Shown piece by piece: positions 9,618 to 18,655 of a DNA stretch of 38,322 nt (position 1 is its first letter; every line of letters starts with the position of its first letter). The translations under genes and the position numbers were made by a program. The notes under the pieces were generated by a model that did no database searches, had not been told where the DNA came from, and worked only from the letters and a program-made list of their open reading frames with translations. The stretch lies in the IMG/VR virus record IMGVR_UViG_3300010376_000077, positions 1 through 38,322 of that record; one strand, written 5' to 3'. This stretch comes from a virus (Duplodnaviria; Caudoviricetes).

Positions 9618-10114
9618 TGAGCGACAACAACGCTAAACAACCGGGTGCATTGCGCTGGCGGTTTGTCCGCGCGGTGCGGGAACTCGGGTTCACGGGTGGC
9701 GACGGCGAGTTCTCGCACCCTTCGGGGGCCCGCCTGACCGCCAAACCTGTCGACGGCCACCCCTACAGCGCGCAGTGGACGTACCGCCCCACGAGCGGCA
9801 AGGCGACGCGCGGCACGGGGATCGAGGCGTTGCAGAAGCTCGTCGCCAAAACCCCAGGCACCGATCTGATCGTCACCGTCGCAAAGCAACTCGGCGCCGT
9901 CGTGCTTCCCGAGAATGACCAGTGGATCAACCGCTTGCAGATCAAGTCGGAGAATTCGAGCCGCCTCTACATCGTCGCCCAGCGCAAGACGAGCGGCGAG
10001 TGGGGCTGCTCCTGCCCTGGCTGGAAGGCCCACAAACATTGCAAGCACCTGCGCACGATGATGCCCGCGCTGTTGAGTGTCGGTAAGCGGGAGGCAGTCG
10101 ATGCCGCGCACTAG
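9617..10114 (+). CDS. SWIM zinc-finger protein
   Basis: WGCSCPGWKAHKHCKHL (CxC...CxH). Confidence 0.75.
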   Translation: MSDNNAKQPGALRWRFVRAVRELGFTGGDGEFSHPSGARLTAKPVDGHPYSAQWTYRPTSGKATRGTGIEALQKLVAKTPGTDLIVTVAKQLGAVVLPENDQWINRLQIKSENSSRLYIVAQRKTSGEWGCSCPGWKAHKHCKHLRTMMPALLSVGKREAVDAAH

Positions 10115-10466
10115 GCTGACCGACGCGGAGCGCGAGGCGCGGCGCCGCGAGCGCGCCAAGTTCTCGTTCTCCGATGCTGCCTATCAGCACTATGACCCGC
10201 TACGCGAGGGGTTTGGCTCACGCGACGACTGGAGCGCGGCGGCCGAGGCGCTGGCGGCGGGCCGCGGGGTATTGCGCGGCGCCGACCGCAGGCGGCGCAA
10301 CCCCGATTTGGAACTGTTCCAAATCGACGAGATGCCCACCGATATCGACGGTCTCAAGATCGCGTTCCGCCGCGCCGCGATGCGCACCCACCCCGACCAC
10401 GGCGGCACCGCCGCCGCGTTCCGCGCCGTCTATGCGGCGTATGAGCGGCTCGTCAGGTTCTATTGA
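10101..10466 (+). CDS. J-domain (DnaJ-like) protein
   Basis: GGAGG RBS; LKIAFRRAAMRTHPDHGG..F..V..AYERL. Confidence 0.85.
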   Translation: MPRTRLTDAEREARRRERAKFSFSDAAYQHYDPLREGFGSRDDWSAAAEALAAGRGVLRGADRRRRNPDLELFQIDEMPTDIDGLKIAFRRAAMRTHPDHGGTAAAFRAVYAAYERLVRFY

Positions 10467-10481
10467 GAAGGGATAAGCCAC

Positions 10482-10745
10482 ATGACCCGCCAGACATCAC
10501 GGCGCCGTCAGGAAAAACGGCTGCCGCCTGGCACTGCCAACGAGATCCAGCTTTACTTCCACTGCCGTCTGTGCGTCGCCGAATTGCCGAGCGGAGAAAG
10601 CCCGCGCGAGTGGGCGCAGATCGAGGCAGGGTGGACCATGATCGGTCTGCAAATCTGGTGCAAGCGGCACGACTGCAACGTCATGCACATCGATTTCGAG
10701 GGCCATCAGCACCCCGCCAACCTCTATTCTGGCAAGGAGCAGTGA
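10482..10745 (+). CDS. hypothetical Cys/His-containing phage protein
   Basis: HCRLC...GLQIWCKRH...HIDFEG. Confidence 0.7.
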   Translation: MTRQTSRRRQEKRLPPGTANEIQLYFHCRLCVAELPSGESPREWAQIEAGWTMIGLQIWCKRHDCNVMHIDFEGHQHPANLYSGKEQ

Positions 10746-10754
10746 TCCGCCCGA

Positions 10755-10783
10755 GTTGCGGTTTTAGCCAACACCACCCATAT
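10755..10783 (+). promoter_or_regulatory. repeated promoter/operator, variant copy 3
   Basis: GTTGCGGTTTTAGCCAACACCACCCATAT upstream of the XRE gene. Confidence 0.6.
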
Positions 10784-10796
10784 GGAAGCGGTGGTA

Positions 10797-11111
10797 ATGT
10801 CTAACAAAGGCATGCAAATCATGACGATAGAAAACGAGACGGCACTCGGGCCGATCCTCGCGCAGGCCCGCGAGGACGCGGGGCTGTCGCAGCCGCAACT
10901 GGCCAAACTGCTCGGCATCAGCCGCTGGGCAGTCAGCCGCCTGGAGCACGGCCATTTGAATTTTCGGGACGAGTGGCTCGATAAGATGCCGCTCGCCATC
11001 CGCCGACCGATCATCAGGTTTTTGCAGGATCGGCACGCGGAGCGGATCGACGCGCTCGAAAAGCTGACCTGGGCCGAGCGGCCGCGCGCCATCGCGCGAC
11101 CGACGGCGTGA
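10797..11111 (+). CDS. XRE-family HTH transcriptional regulator (start uncertain)
   Basis: AREDAGLSQPQLAKLLGISRWAVSRLEHG. Confidence 0.85.
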   Translation: MSNKGMQIMTIENETALGPILAQAREDAGLSQPQLAKLLGISRWAVSRLEHGHLNFRDEWLDKMPLAIRRPIIRFLQDRHAERIDALEKLTWAERPRAIARPTA

Positions 11112-11127
11112 GGAGACGGCCATTTTA

Positions 11128-12168
11128 TTGATGGATGCCATCGGGCAGACGGCGGCGAGGATCGCCGCCGAGCCCCGCAAGCTGCCCGACAAAGTGCTGC
11201 TGTGCTACGACGATCTCGCCAAGCGGCTCATCGGGACCCCGCGCTACCTGCTCGACGGCAACGCGACGCGTACTGCGGTCGAACTCAACCTCGGGCGCCC
11301 TAAGGTGATGCTGGAGGCGATGCGCCATCTGCGTATCCCCTACCCACGCCTGTGGGTAGAATGGGACGACGCCGACCGCCAGAAATTACGCGCCAAGTTT
11401 GACGAGCCGCTGAGCTATGCCGAACTGCGACCGATGCCAGGTCGGGTCGGGTTTCTCCTCGAAGCCGAGCCTGGCGGCCGCCGCGGCACTGCCACCTGGG
11501 CCTGGACCAGCGCCCACCCAAGCGCGGACAAGCCGCAGCACCTGCTCGACAGCGGCGCCACCGCGGTGATGAACACCACTATTCCCAATATCGGGGCGGT
11601 CCAGCCCTATTTTGATCTCGACCAAGTATTTGACATGTCGCCCGCGCGGTTTGAGGGTCTGTTTAAGGGCAATCTCGCCAGGCTGTGGCACGACAATCCG
11701 GTCCAACTGCAAGCATTACTCGATATCTGGCGGACTTGCGATCACCGCCCCAGTGAGTGGGGCCAACTCTACTTCGACGCGCTCGGGCACGACCCGCTGA
11801 TGCGGGCGCTGGCCGATGCCGATGTGATTGGCGAATATATCATGATCTGGGCGGTTCTATTGCTGTTGACCGCCAGCCGCCCCATCGTCGACCTGGTGCC
11901 AATCGATCTTGGTCGGCTCAACAAACGGCGGCTCAAAGCCAAGCAGGTGCCGCTGCTCGACCATACCCGCGTCACCTTGCGCCTGCAGCCGCCCGACCCG
12001 CGTTACAACCCCGTGATCCGCGGCCCCCTCGGGTACAGCCGTAAGAGCCCTAGAGTTCACTTAGTAAGCTCGTATTTAGCGCGGAGAGGTGATAAGCACT
12101 GGGTCTGTCGGCCCTATATGAGAGGTTCAGGGGATGTCATTTATCGCCGAATCAACGTCAAAGGATAA
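11128..12168 (+). CDS. hypothetical phage protein
   Basis: 346-aa ORF with GAGGAG RBS and basic C-terminal SPRVH...W.RPY.RG motif. Confidence 0.75.
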   Translation: MMDAIGQTAARIAAEPRKLPDKVLLCYDDLAKRLIGTPRYLLDGNATRTAVELNLGRPKVMLEAMRHLRIPYPRLWVEWDDADRQKLRAKFDEPLSYAELRPMPGRVGFLLEAEPGGRRGTATWAWTSAHPSADKPQHLLDSGATAVMNTTIPNIGAVQPYFDLDQVFDMSPARFEGLFKGNLARLWHDNPVQLQALLDIWRTCDHRPSEWGQLYFDALGHDPLMRALADADVIGEYIMIWAVLLLLTASRPIVDLVPIDLGRLNKRRLKAKQVPLLDHTRVTLRLQPPDPRYNPVIRGPLGYSRKSPRVHLVSSYLARRGDKHWVCRPYMRGSGDVIYRRINVKG

Positions 12169-12709
12169 ACTTACCCGCGAGCAAGTCGTAGAGTACCTTG
12201 ACTACAACCCTTCGACAGGCGTCTTTCTATGGAAGAAAAAACCAACAAGCGCCAAAGTTAGTCGAGTTATGCCAGGAAAGATCGCAGGTTCGATACGAAG
12301 GGGTGGACGCGTAAAATTCGGATACCGTGGCATCAATATTTTTAGTCGCCGCTACCCCGCTTCGCACTTGGCCTGGCTGTTGATGACTGGCCATTGGCCG
12401 ACTTCAATCGATCATATCAACAATGACAGCACCGATGATCGGTGGGGTAATCTGCGCCTTGCGACGCAAACCCAAAACCAAATGAACACCAGTACCCGCG
12501 GCGACAACACCAGTGGATACAAAGGCGTCCATCCTTATTCGCGAGGTAATAGTCATCGGTGGGTTGCCCAGATTGGCCGCCATCATATCGGCTATTTCAA
12601 CACCCCCGAAGAAGCCGCCCGCGCTTATGACGCCGAGGCGACCAACCGATATGGCGAGTTCGCCTATCGCAATTTTCCACTTATCCGCCGCCCGCGAGAA
12701 AACCTCTAG
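12134..12709 (+). CDS. HNH endonuclease with AP2 DNA-binding domain
   Basis: IDHINNDSTDDRWGNLRLAT..QN..N; SGYKGV..W.AQI..IGYF.TPEEAARAYD. Confidence 0.9.
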   Translation: MSFIAESTSKDKLTREQVVEYLDYNPSTGVFLWKKKPTSAKVSRVMPGKIAGSIRRGGRVKFGYRGINIFSRRYPASHLAWLLMTGHWPTSIDHINNDSTDDRWGNLRLATQTQNQMNTSTRGDNTSGYKGVHPYSRGNSHRWVAQIGRHHIGYFNTPEEAARAYDAEATNRYGEFAYRNFPLIRRPRENL

Positions 12710-12810
12710 GAAGCCCCAGGACGCGCGTAAGGCCGCCGAGTGATGTCCAACACCGTCCGAGCGCGTAAGGAGGCCTCAGCGGGCCCCAGCGCGGGTCCTG
12801 GGAGCATGGC

Positions 12811-12845
12811 AAACAAAAACCGACCCCGTGGGGCGGGGTCGGTTT
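12811..12845 (-). terminator. intrinsic terminator between the convergent early and late regions
   Basis: Stem AAACCGACCCCG/CGGGGTCGGTTT with TTTTTGTTT on the - strand. Confidence 0.75.
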
Positions 12846-12906
12846 AGACGGTCGGTTTGGGATTTCGGTGGAAACGCCGAGGTCATACCCGAACCCCGAG
12901 GGGTCG

Positions 12907-13197
12907 TCAAGGGGGCGGGGTCGGGCCGTCGGGCTGGTTGCGGGCGACGCGGCGCACGGGTTTGCTGTCGGCGGGCTGGGTCAAAGTCGTGACGTTGGGC
13001 GCCAGCAGAGGCGGGTCTGGCGGCTCGGCTGGCGGGGCATCGCGCGTCGCCGCCTGGGCCTCGGCCTGGGTCATGATCTTGGCGATGATCGGCGCGACGA
13101 CATCGTATTTGCCATGGCGCCGCAACAGCCGCAGCGCCGCGTTGAGTTCCGTCACCGTCAAGCGGACGGTGATCTCTTCATGCGGTTCGAACGGCAT
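12907..13197 (-). CDS. small fibre-associated hypothetical protein
   Basis: ITVRL...VVAPIIAKIMTQAEAQ; resembles 13207-13413. Confidence 0.65.
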   Translation of the reverse strand: MPFEPHEEITVRLTVTELNAALRLLRRHGKYDVVAPIIAKIMTQAEAQAATRDAPPAEPPDPPLLAPNVTTLTQPADSKPVRRVARNQPDGPTPPP

Positions 13198-13206
13198 CGC
13201 GACCCC

Positions 13207-13413
13207 TTATTCCGCCACTTCACGCAGCACGCGCGATCCCGCGGGTGGCTCGGTTTGCGGCTCGCGGTCCTGTTCCTGCGCCTGCTGCATGATCGGATCA
13301 ATAAACGGGCGCACCACGCGGTGCGCCCCCATATCCAGATAGGCAAGAAAGTCTTGCCACTGCGCAGCGGTGGCCTTGAGCGTGATGGTGATGATATCAC
13401 TTGCTTGATGCAT
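13207..13413 (-). CDS. small fibre-associated hypothetical protein
   Basis: ITITL...VVRPFIDPIMQQAQEQ; resembles 12907-13197. Confidence 0.65.
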   Translation of the reverse strand: MHQASDIITITLKATAAQWQDFLAYLDMGAHRVVRPFIDPIMQQAQEQDREPQTEPPAGSRVLREVAE

Positions 13414-13440
13414 TGCTACCTTCCCAAGAGCGCGGATAAC

Positions 13441-13737
13441 CTATGCCGCTCCAGTCAACCCAAGCTGCTGCAATTCAGCGTTGATTGCGGCAAGCCGCTG
13501 CTGCAAGCTGGTACGGATTGCGTCAACCATGGCTTGCGGATACTCAATCCCCGATACGTCCACCATGGCGCTCATCGGACGCACAATTGGCGCTTGCTCA
13601 GTAGGCTCAAGCAGCGGACCAAATGACACGCTCATTGCCACAATCCGCCCGCCATTGTCAAAGCCTTGCAAGGCTTGGCCAATGGCGTTGGCCTCATCAT
13701 ACAGCCGATTGACTTGGAATAGATTGCTGCGATCCAT
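13441..13737 (-). CDS. hypothetical protein
   Basis: GGAGG RBS; 98 aa. Confidence 0.65.
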   Translation of the reverse strand: MDRSNLFQVNRLYDEANAIGQALQGFDNGGRIVAMSVSFGPLLEPTEQAPIVRPMSAMVDVSGIEYPQAMVDAIRTSLQQRLAAINAELQQLGLTGAA

Positions 13738-13769
13738 TGGCTAGGCCCCTCCAATTGAAGGAAAACAAC

Positions 13770-13997
13770 ATGGATAACACCCATCCGCTTGAGTACCAAC
13801 TGACTTTGGCGCTGATGCATGAGGTGCACCAGCATCTGGAAAAGACCAATGATCCAGCAACCGCGCTGTTGGCGCTGGCCAATGCTGTTGCGTCGGTCTT
13901 ATCCCTGGATCACGCCAGCAATGATGCCATTGCGGTGTTCAATGCCGCGCTTGCGCGGCACGTGGAGCTGATCCGCCGCGCCCGTTCAGCGCAGTGA
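13770..13997 (+). CDS. hypothetical helical protein, antisense to the late operon
   Basis: AAGGA RBS then MDNTHPLEY...; fills the gap between two - strand genes. Confidence 0.5.
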   Translation: MDNTHPLEYQLTLALMHEVHQHLEKTNDPATALLALANAVASVLSLDHASNDAIAVFNAALARHVELIRRARSAQ

Positions 13998-15987
13998 CTC
14001 GCCCATCAAGTTCCTTCACGGCATTGATCAAGGTGTCAATCAACACCATCATGTCAACGGTCTTAAAGCTTGGCAATGCGTGCATCGCACGCGCCTCCTC
14101 TGACGCGTCCTCTGGCAATGCCACAACTGGGGCGTCAGTCTCATAGACCGCTTCTGGGATGACGGTTTCCACGTCTTGCGCAGTCAGCCCATAAGTCCGC
14201 CGCTCCCCAGTCCGTCGCTGCCATTGCCAACTGCACGGCTGCAAGGCGCAGATCTCAGCAAGCCCGCGCGTATAGGGCGCAACATTCTCTTTTAGCCTGA
14301 TGTCGGATGTTGGCGTGAAATACGCCGCTACGCAGCCGCCGCCAAATTGGTGCTCAAGATCGGTGCCACGCACCCAAATGCCCGCCCAATCGCTGTACCT
14401 GCCCCAAGACCACCACGCTACGGCACCACCAGAGATCGTGAGGTGGGACCTTGGGACGATGACGCCGTCACCCACCGTTAGCGTGGAACCATTGGCGGAA
14501 TTTTCCAACTGCATAGCTTGTCGCGAGGCAACCGTATTAGCTGGCTTTAGGGTAAAGTGGAGATTAACACCCGCATGTGTTGCGCTCCACGCAGCAGATG
14601 CAGAGCAACTGATGCTACACGGGTCACCCGACCCAGTCCAAGGAAACCCCGCAGCATGCGACCCGCCAAAACTAAGTATCCCCAACAGATCGCCAAATTG
14701 CAATGGCTGGGGATTATTAGGGGCACCGCGAAAATTCATCAGATGGATATACGGAACCAACCCTATACCAGGCGGGTTGGCCTTGCCAACAATGGTCAAT
14801 TCGCGCCCGCCATTGGGAACGTTGGCCCAGTTGCCAATATTGCTGTGAGCAAACGCGTTGGTGGCGCTGGCAAACGGCAAACAATGACTCAGACCAGCCC
14901 ACGCCGTCATCTCGGTTGACATTGGGAAGTCGCGGGTGCCTGTGCCGCCAGATGCCACGCGGAGCGGATGAACTGGAAAGTCCACGTGACCGTCTTGCCG
15001 CATTATTGCTACTGGACGCAGCCCCGACTGGTACAAATGTGCTTGGCCATTTGGGCACGTCATAAACCGCCATTCGGCACCGTTCCCTGCCGCCGACCAG
15101 TTCTCAGTCGTGTGTGCTACCATGTACACGCCAGCATAATTGAAGTTAGCGTTGGTATAGTAGCCGCCAAATGACAAACCACCCAACAGGTCATCGTTCA
15201 TCACGGGCGTGCGCGCCGCCATTGTGCCACGGGCGCGGACAAACGACTGGAAGCACGCGCCGCCGTCAGTGCCAGCGCCAAAAAGATTGAACCACCGATC
15301 ATCCATTCGGAGATGTTCTGACGCGCGCACCGCGCCATCCGTTGCGCCGTCACGCAAAAGAACCCCGCCCGACACCATTGCCACTGGCGCTCGCGGCAAT
15401 CTGATATTGCCGTCTTGACCAACTATCAGCGTTGCCGCTTGTGTTGCTGAGCCACTTGGAGTGGTCTGGAAAACAATCTCAGTTCCCCCAGCGCTGGCGG
15501 TGTGGTTCTCCAAGGCCCGCGCCGCCATCCCCGCCACCAAGCGCTTGGCAGTTGGTGAAAAATAGCTGGAAAACAAATATGAGCCAATGACATCGCCAAG
15601 AGCGGTTGCTTGCGGTGCGCCAACATTGCCGCCGCCATGTGCCAGATCAATATACGGCTGATTGTTGCCGCCCGCCCCAAAATACATCCCCGTTATACCT
15701 TGCCCAGTGGCTGCATTGGTTCCCCAGTTGGGTGAGGTAATTGCAGTTGTGCCATTGCCAGTAAGCAGCCTGCGGTCCACGCCTTGGCTTAGCAAGATTG
15801 GCGGAACTGGCCCAGGCAGATCCAGTGAGATCTGTCTGTGCTGATTGCCATCAACCGCCGACGGCACGCCAACCCACAGCCGCGGGCTGCCAGGCGTTGC
15901 CATCTCAACCCCCAGCACCCCTTCCGCCAACCGCCCAGGGGGCGGCGCGCCCGTCAGCACACGGGCAATCTGGATGGTTGCTGCCAT
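13939..15987 (-). CDS. tail fibre/receptor-binding protein with Mtd_N-like N-terminus and peptidase S74 chaperone
   Basis: C-terminal SDIRLKENV...GL.AQDV...LINAVKELDGRV; three internal (R)G...(G)D.LG..SF repeats; N-terminus TIQIAR...LAEG.LG....RLWVG. Confidence 0.85.
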   Translation of the reverse strand: MAATIQIARVLTGAPPPGRLAEGVLGVEMATPGSPRLWVGVPSAVDGNQHRQISLDLPGPVPPILLSQGVDRRLLTGNGTTAITSPNWGTNAATGQGITGMYFGAGGNNQPYIDLAHGGGNVGAPQATALGDVIGSYLFSSYFSPTAKRLVAGMAARALENHTASAGGTEIVFQTTPSGSATQAATLIVGQDGNIRLPRAPVAMVSGGVLLRDGATDGAVRASEHLRMDDRWFNLFGAGTDGGACFQSFVRARGTMAARTPVMNDDLLGGLSFGGYYTNANFNYAGVYMVAHTTENWSAAGNGAEWRFMTCPNGQAHLYQSGLRPVAIMRQDGHVDFPVHPLRVASGGTGTRDFPMSTEMTAWAGLSHCLPFASATNAFAHSNIGNWANVPNGGRELTIVGKANPPGIGLVPYIHLMNFRGAPNNPQPLQFGDLLGILSFGGSHAAGFPWTGSGDPCSISCSASAAWSATHAGVNLHFTLKPANTVASRQAMQLENSANGSTLTVGDGVIVPRSHLTISGGAVAWWSWGRYSDWAGIWVRGTDLEHQFGGGCVAAYFTPTSDIRLKENVAPYTRGLAEICALQPCSWQWQRRTGERRTYGLTAQDVETVIPEAVYETDAPVVALPEDASEEARAMHALPSFKTVDMMVLIDTLINAVKELDGRVTALNGRGGSAPRAAQARH

Positions 15988-16000
15988 ATTGATTGGTCCC

Positions 16001-17155
16001 TTACGGTTGGATTAAGTTTGGTTTTGGCGGGCCAGCTTCCATTGCCATTGCCAGCGATCCTTCAGGCAAGTCGGCGGCTAGCCCGCCAAACCCCGTATAG
16101 AGACCGCCCCTAGAGGATGTCCCTGCCACATTTCCAGGAAAAAGAAACGCTTGACCATTGTGGATGATCGCATTGCGGTCAACATCGTATTGCTTGCCAG
16201 TGACGGTGCCGCCAGTGATGGTAATCGGCTGAAAGCCGTACCACACAAACGACGACAAGGTTGTTGCGGCACACCACACCCCAAAGTTGCGGTTGCCAAC
16301 AATCTGATACTGTGCGCCATCCACTTGGATAAGGCCAAAATTGGTCATGTAATACCGGGAATCCCCGTCCCCAGCAATGATGCAGCGCCCGCCTACATAG
16401 CACGTGCCAAACCACCCAGCATAGACGTGCCCATGCATCGCATTCCACTGGCAATTACTAGCATAAATTGTTGCGTAATCCCACGACAACAAGGCGTTTC
16501 CACCGCCTGGATCGGATGGCCCAGACGAGCCCGTGTCAGCAAACGTAAACCCGTCCAGACCAACAATTGCTGCGTTCTCAGCAAGTACGCAAGCTCCATG
16601 TGTCACCGAAATGATAGTCTGCGACGGATTGGCAGGACTGCCAACAAACGTCAGCCCGTAGGTAGTGGTTGGCGAGTTGGAGCAGCGCAGCCCTTGCGTG
16701 TACGTTCCAGGAGCCACATTTACGCGTATTCTATGACCCATGTCGAGAACGCTTTGCTGTACATAATCCCATGCCCGCTGCAAGGTGCGGAACGGTGCTG
16801 TTAAGGTTCCAAGGTTAGTGTCGTTGCCAGTGGTTGCAACATAGAGATCAAGCGGTGCCGTCAGTATTGTCAAGCCAGTTTCCGCTCGGACAATCTCGCC
16901 AATTGCGCCTTCATAGTTGTTGATGAACGCGCTCAGATCCCCATTGTCACGCGCGTCTTTACCGCGGCGGGACATCATTTCCGCAATAGCCGCCATGACA
17001 AAGGATGACTGCCGCCACGCGGTGTTGGCCTTGGCGCTGCGCGCAATGCCACGGGTAAACCCCGTTATGCGGTCACTGTCAGCAGCCCAGTCGCTCTGCG
17101 GGACCACATTCGCGCCCGCACCCAGGGCAAAGGGCAAGAAATCATTTTGTGGCAT
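16001..17155 (-). CDS. tail fibre/tailspike protein
   Basis: N-terminal baseplate-attachment NDFLPFA..A.ANV..Q...GF..G.A.S...N..WRQ; YVATTGNDTNLG...PFRTLQRA beta-helix-type start. Confidence 0.8.
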   Translation of the reverse strand: MPQNDFLPFALGAGANVVPQSDWAADSDRITGFTRGIARSAKANTAWRQSSFVMAAIAEMMSRRGKDARDNGDLSAFINNYEGAIGEIVRAETGLTILTAPLDLYVATTGNDTNLGTLTAPFRTLQRAWDYVQQSVLDMGHRIRVNVAPGTYTQGLRCSNSPTTTYGLTFVGSPANPSQTIISVTHGACVLAENAAIVGLDGFTFADTGSSGPSDPGGGNALLSWDYATIYASNCQWNAMHGHVYAGWFGTCYVGGRCIIAGDGDSRYYMTNFGLIQVDGAQYQIVGNRNFGVWCAATTLSSFVWYGFQPITITGGTVTGKQYDVDRNAIIHNGQAFLFPGNVAGTSSRGGLYTGFGGLAADLPEGSLAMAMEAGPPKPNLIQP

Positions 17156-17539
17156 CTACCACGTACCCCCATCCAGATTCATGTCTTCAATCGGTGACCA
17201 TGCCGCGTTGATGCGACCAAACATCCGCCCGTCAATCGGGGCATCATTGATGCCGCCGCCGGGGCCACCGCCGCCCGTTGCCGCCACCGCCTCCGCAAAC
17301 TGCGTGGCCAAATTTGCCACATTGCCGTCATCAACCACGTCACCCGTCACGCGCTGGTCAATAAACTGGGAAATGGCCGCCACCATGTTGACCGCCTGCC
17401 GCCACACCTTGTTGAACGGCGCAGACGGTGCCACCCCAGCCTGAAAGCCCCGTGGGCGGTCGGGGTGGCTCAGCCACTCCGCTTGGGTGACCACATTGGC
17501 GGTAGAATCATGGGCAAACGGTAGGAACTCGCTAGCCAT
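17156..17539 (-). CDS. short fibre adaptor (attachment domain + foldon-like tail)
   Basis: N-terminus paralogous to 16001-17155; ends DAPIDGRMFGRINAAW...LDGGTW. Confidence 0.75.
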   Translation of the reverse strand: MASEFLPFAHDSTANVVTQAEWLSHPDRPRGFQAGVAPSAPFNKVWRQAVNMVAAISQFIDQRVTGDVVDDGNVANLATQFAEAVAATGGGGPGGGINDAPIDGRMFGRINAAWSPIEDMNLDGGTW

Positions 17540-18655
17540 TTACGCCGCCTCAAGCGCTCGATCAGTGATGTGCAACGGTCGTATCTCGCGCGGCCACGCA
17601 CCAATGTCCCATCCCGCGAGCAGCAGCACCTGGCGGGGTTGCGCGGTTTCAATCACGGCTAATTGCTGCTGCTGCGGGGCGGTCCCCACCCAAACCCCCG
17701 CGTCGAGACCTTGTTCGACGGTGCCATCCAAGGTGAAAAACTCGTAGACTGGGTACCACGGCGCCTCGTTCCACCCCGCTCCCAGCTCATCCCAGGAGAA
17801 CCACTCGGGAACTGGGTCTTCAGGCCCCTCATCCCAGGCGAACAGCGGGAAGCCGTCCTCGCTGCCTGGACCTGACTGGGTGGTCAAATAACCCATGCCG
17901 ACGCCAGCAGGGCGCAGATCGAAATAACCACCAGCAAACAGCGCTTCCAATAGGCGATCGGGCGGCGGCCCGATCAGCACCATCGTCATCCACATATTGC
18001 CAGTGCAGCGCGCTGGACCCCAGCCTAACTGGTCCTTGTCCCAATACGTGCCATCCCACCCAGCAAGCGGCTCGTCCCACGCCAACCACTGCCACTGACG
18101 CTCATAATTGTCCTGGATCAGGACCTGGTAGCCGAGTGGCGCAAAATATTTGTGCCACGCGTCGTAGGCCCCGTCGCGGGTACCGTCCCATTGATTACTG
18201 GCAACCCGTGCCCTGAGCACCAAGCGATAGTGCTCATCGTCGAGCACGACCGTCGCATGATCGTCGGAGTAGAGGCTCGACCATTCGGCCTCGTCCCAGC
18301 CCAGATCGTCGGTGTCCCAGCTAAAGAAATTGGTCTCTTGGACGGTGATGCGGCGGCTAAGACCGATCCACTGGCCTGTGAAGTCTAAGGCTTGGCCCGT
18401 CGCCGTATCGAGGTCGAACAGGGTCGGCAGCAACCGCGCGGTGTGCAGCCCCTGCACCATCGCCAGCACCGAGATCGCGACGGTGTAGACATACCGTGGC
18501 TGGTCGCCGTGCTGACTGATGATGAGGCTGAGATAGCGCCACAACTCGGCGTCGTCGACGAGTTGCGCGGCGGTGGCCCAGTCGGCCTCGTCCCAGCCAA
18601 GACCCTCCTCGTCCCAGCCAAACCAGCCGAGATTGAGATCGGCGAGAAAGATCAT
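17540..18655 (-). CDS. DUF2612-like baseplate protein
   Basis: FDLDTATGQALDFTGQWIG..R, LDDEHYRLVLRARV..NQWDGT, RPAGV. Confidence 0.85.
   Translation of the reverse strand: MIFLADLNLGWFGWDEEGLGWDEADWATAAQLVDDAELWRYLSLIISQHGDQPRYVYTVAISVLAMVQGLHTARLLPTLFDLDTATGQALDFTGQWIGLSRRITVQETNFFSWDTDDLGWDEAEWSSLYSDDHATVVLDDEHYRLVLRARVASNQWDGTRDGAYDAWHKYFAPLGYQVLIQDNYERQWQWLAWDEPLAGWDGTYWDKDQLGWGPARCTGNMWMTMVLIGPPPDRLLEALFAGGYFDLRPAGVGMGYLTTQSGPGSEDGFPLFAWDEGPEDPVPEWFSWDELGAGWNEAPWYPVYEFFTLDGTVEQGLDAGVWVGTAPQQQQLAVIETAQPRQVLLLAGWDIGAWPREIRPLHITDRALEAA

Noticed and set aside
12710-12810. ncRNA or packaging site (CCCAGGAC/GTCCTGGG inverted repeat, GCGCGTAAGG twice)
   Set aside because: Repeats are short and GC-rich; not enough to assign a function
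13939-15987. Diversity-generating retroelement target (Mtd_N-like start)
   Set aside because: No reverse transcriptase or template/variable repeat pair seen, and the C-terminus is an S74 chaperone rather than a C-type lectin fold
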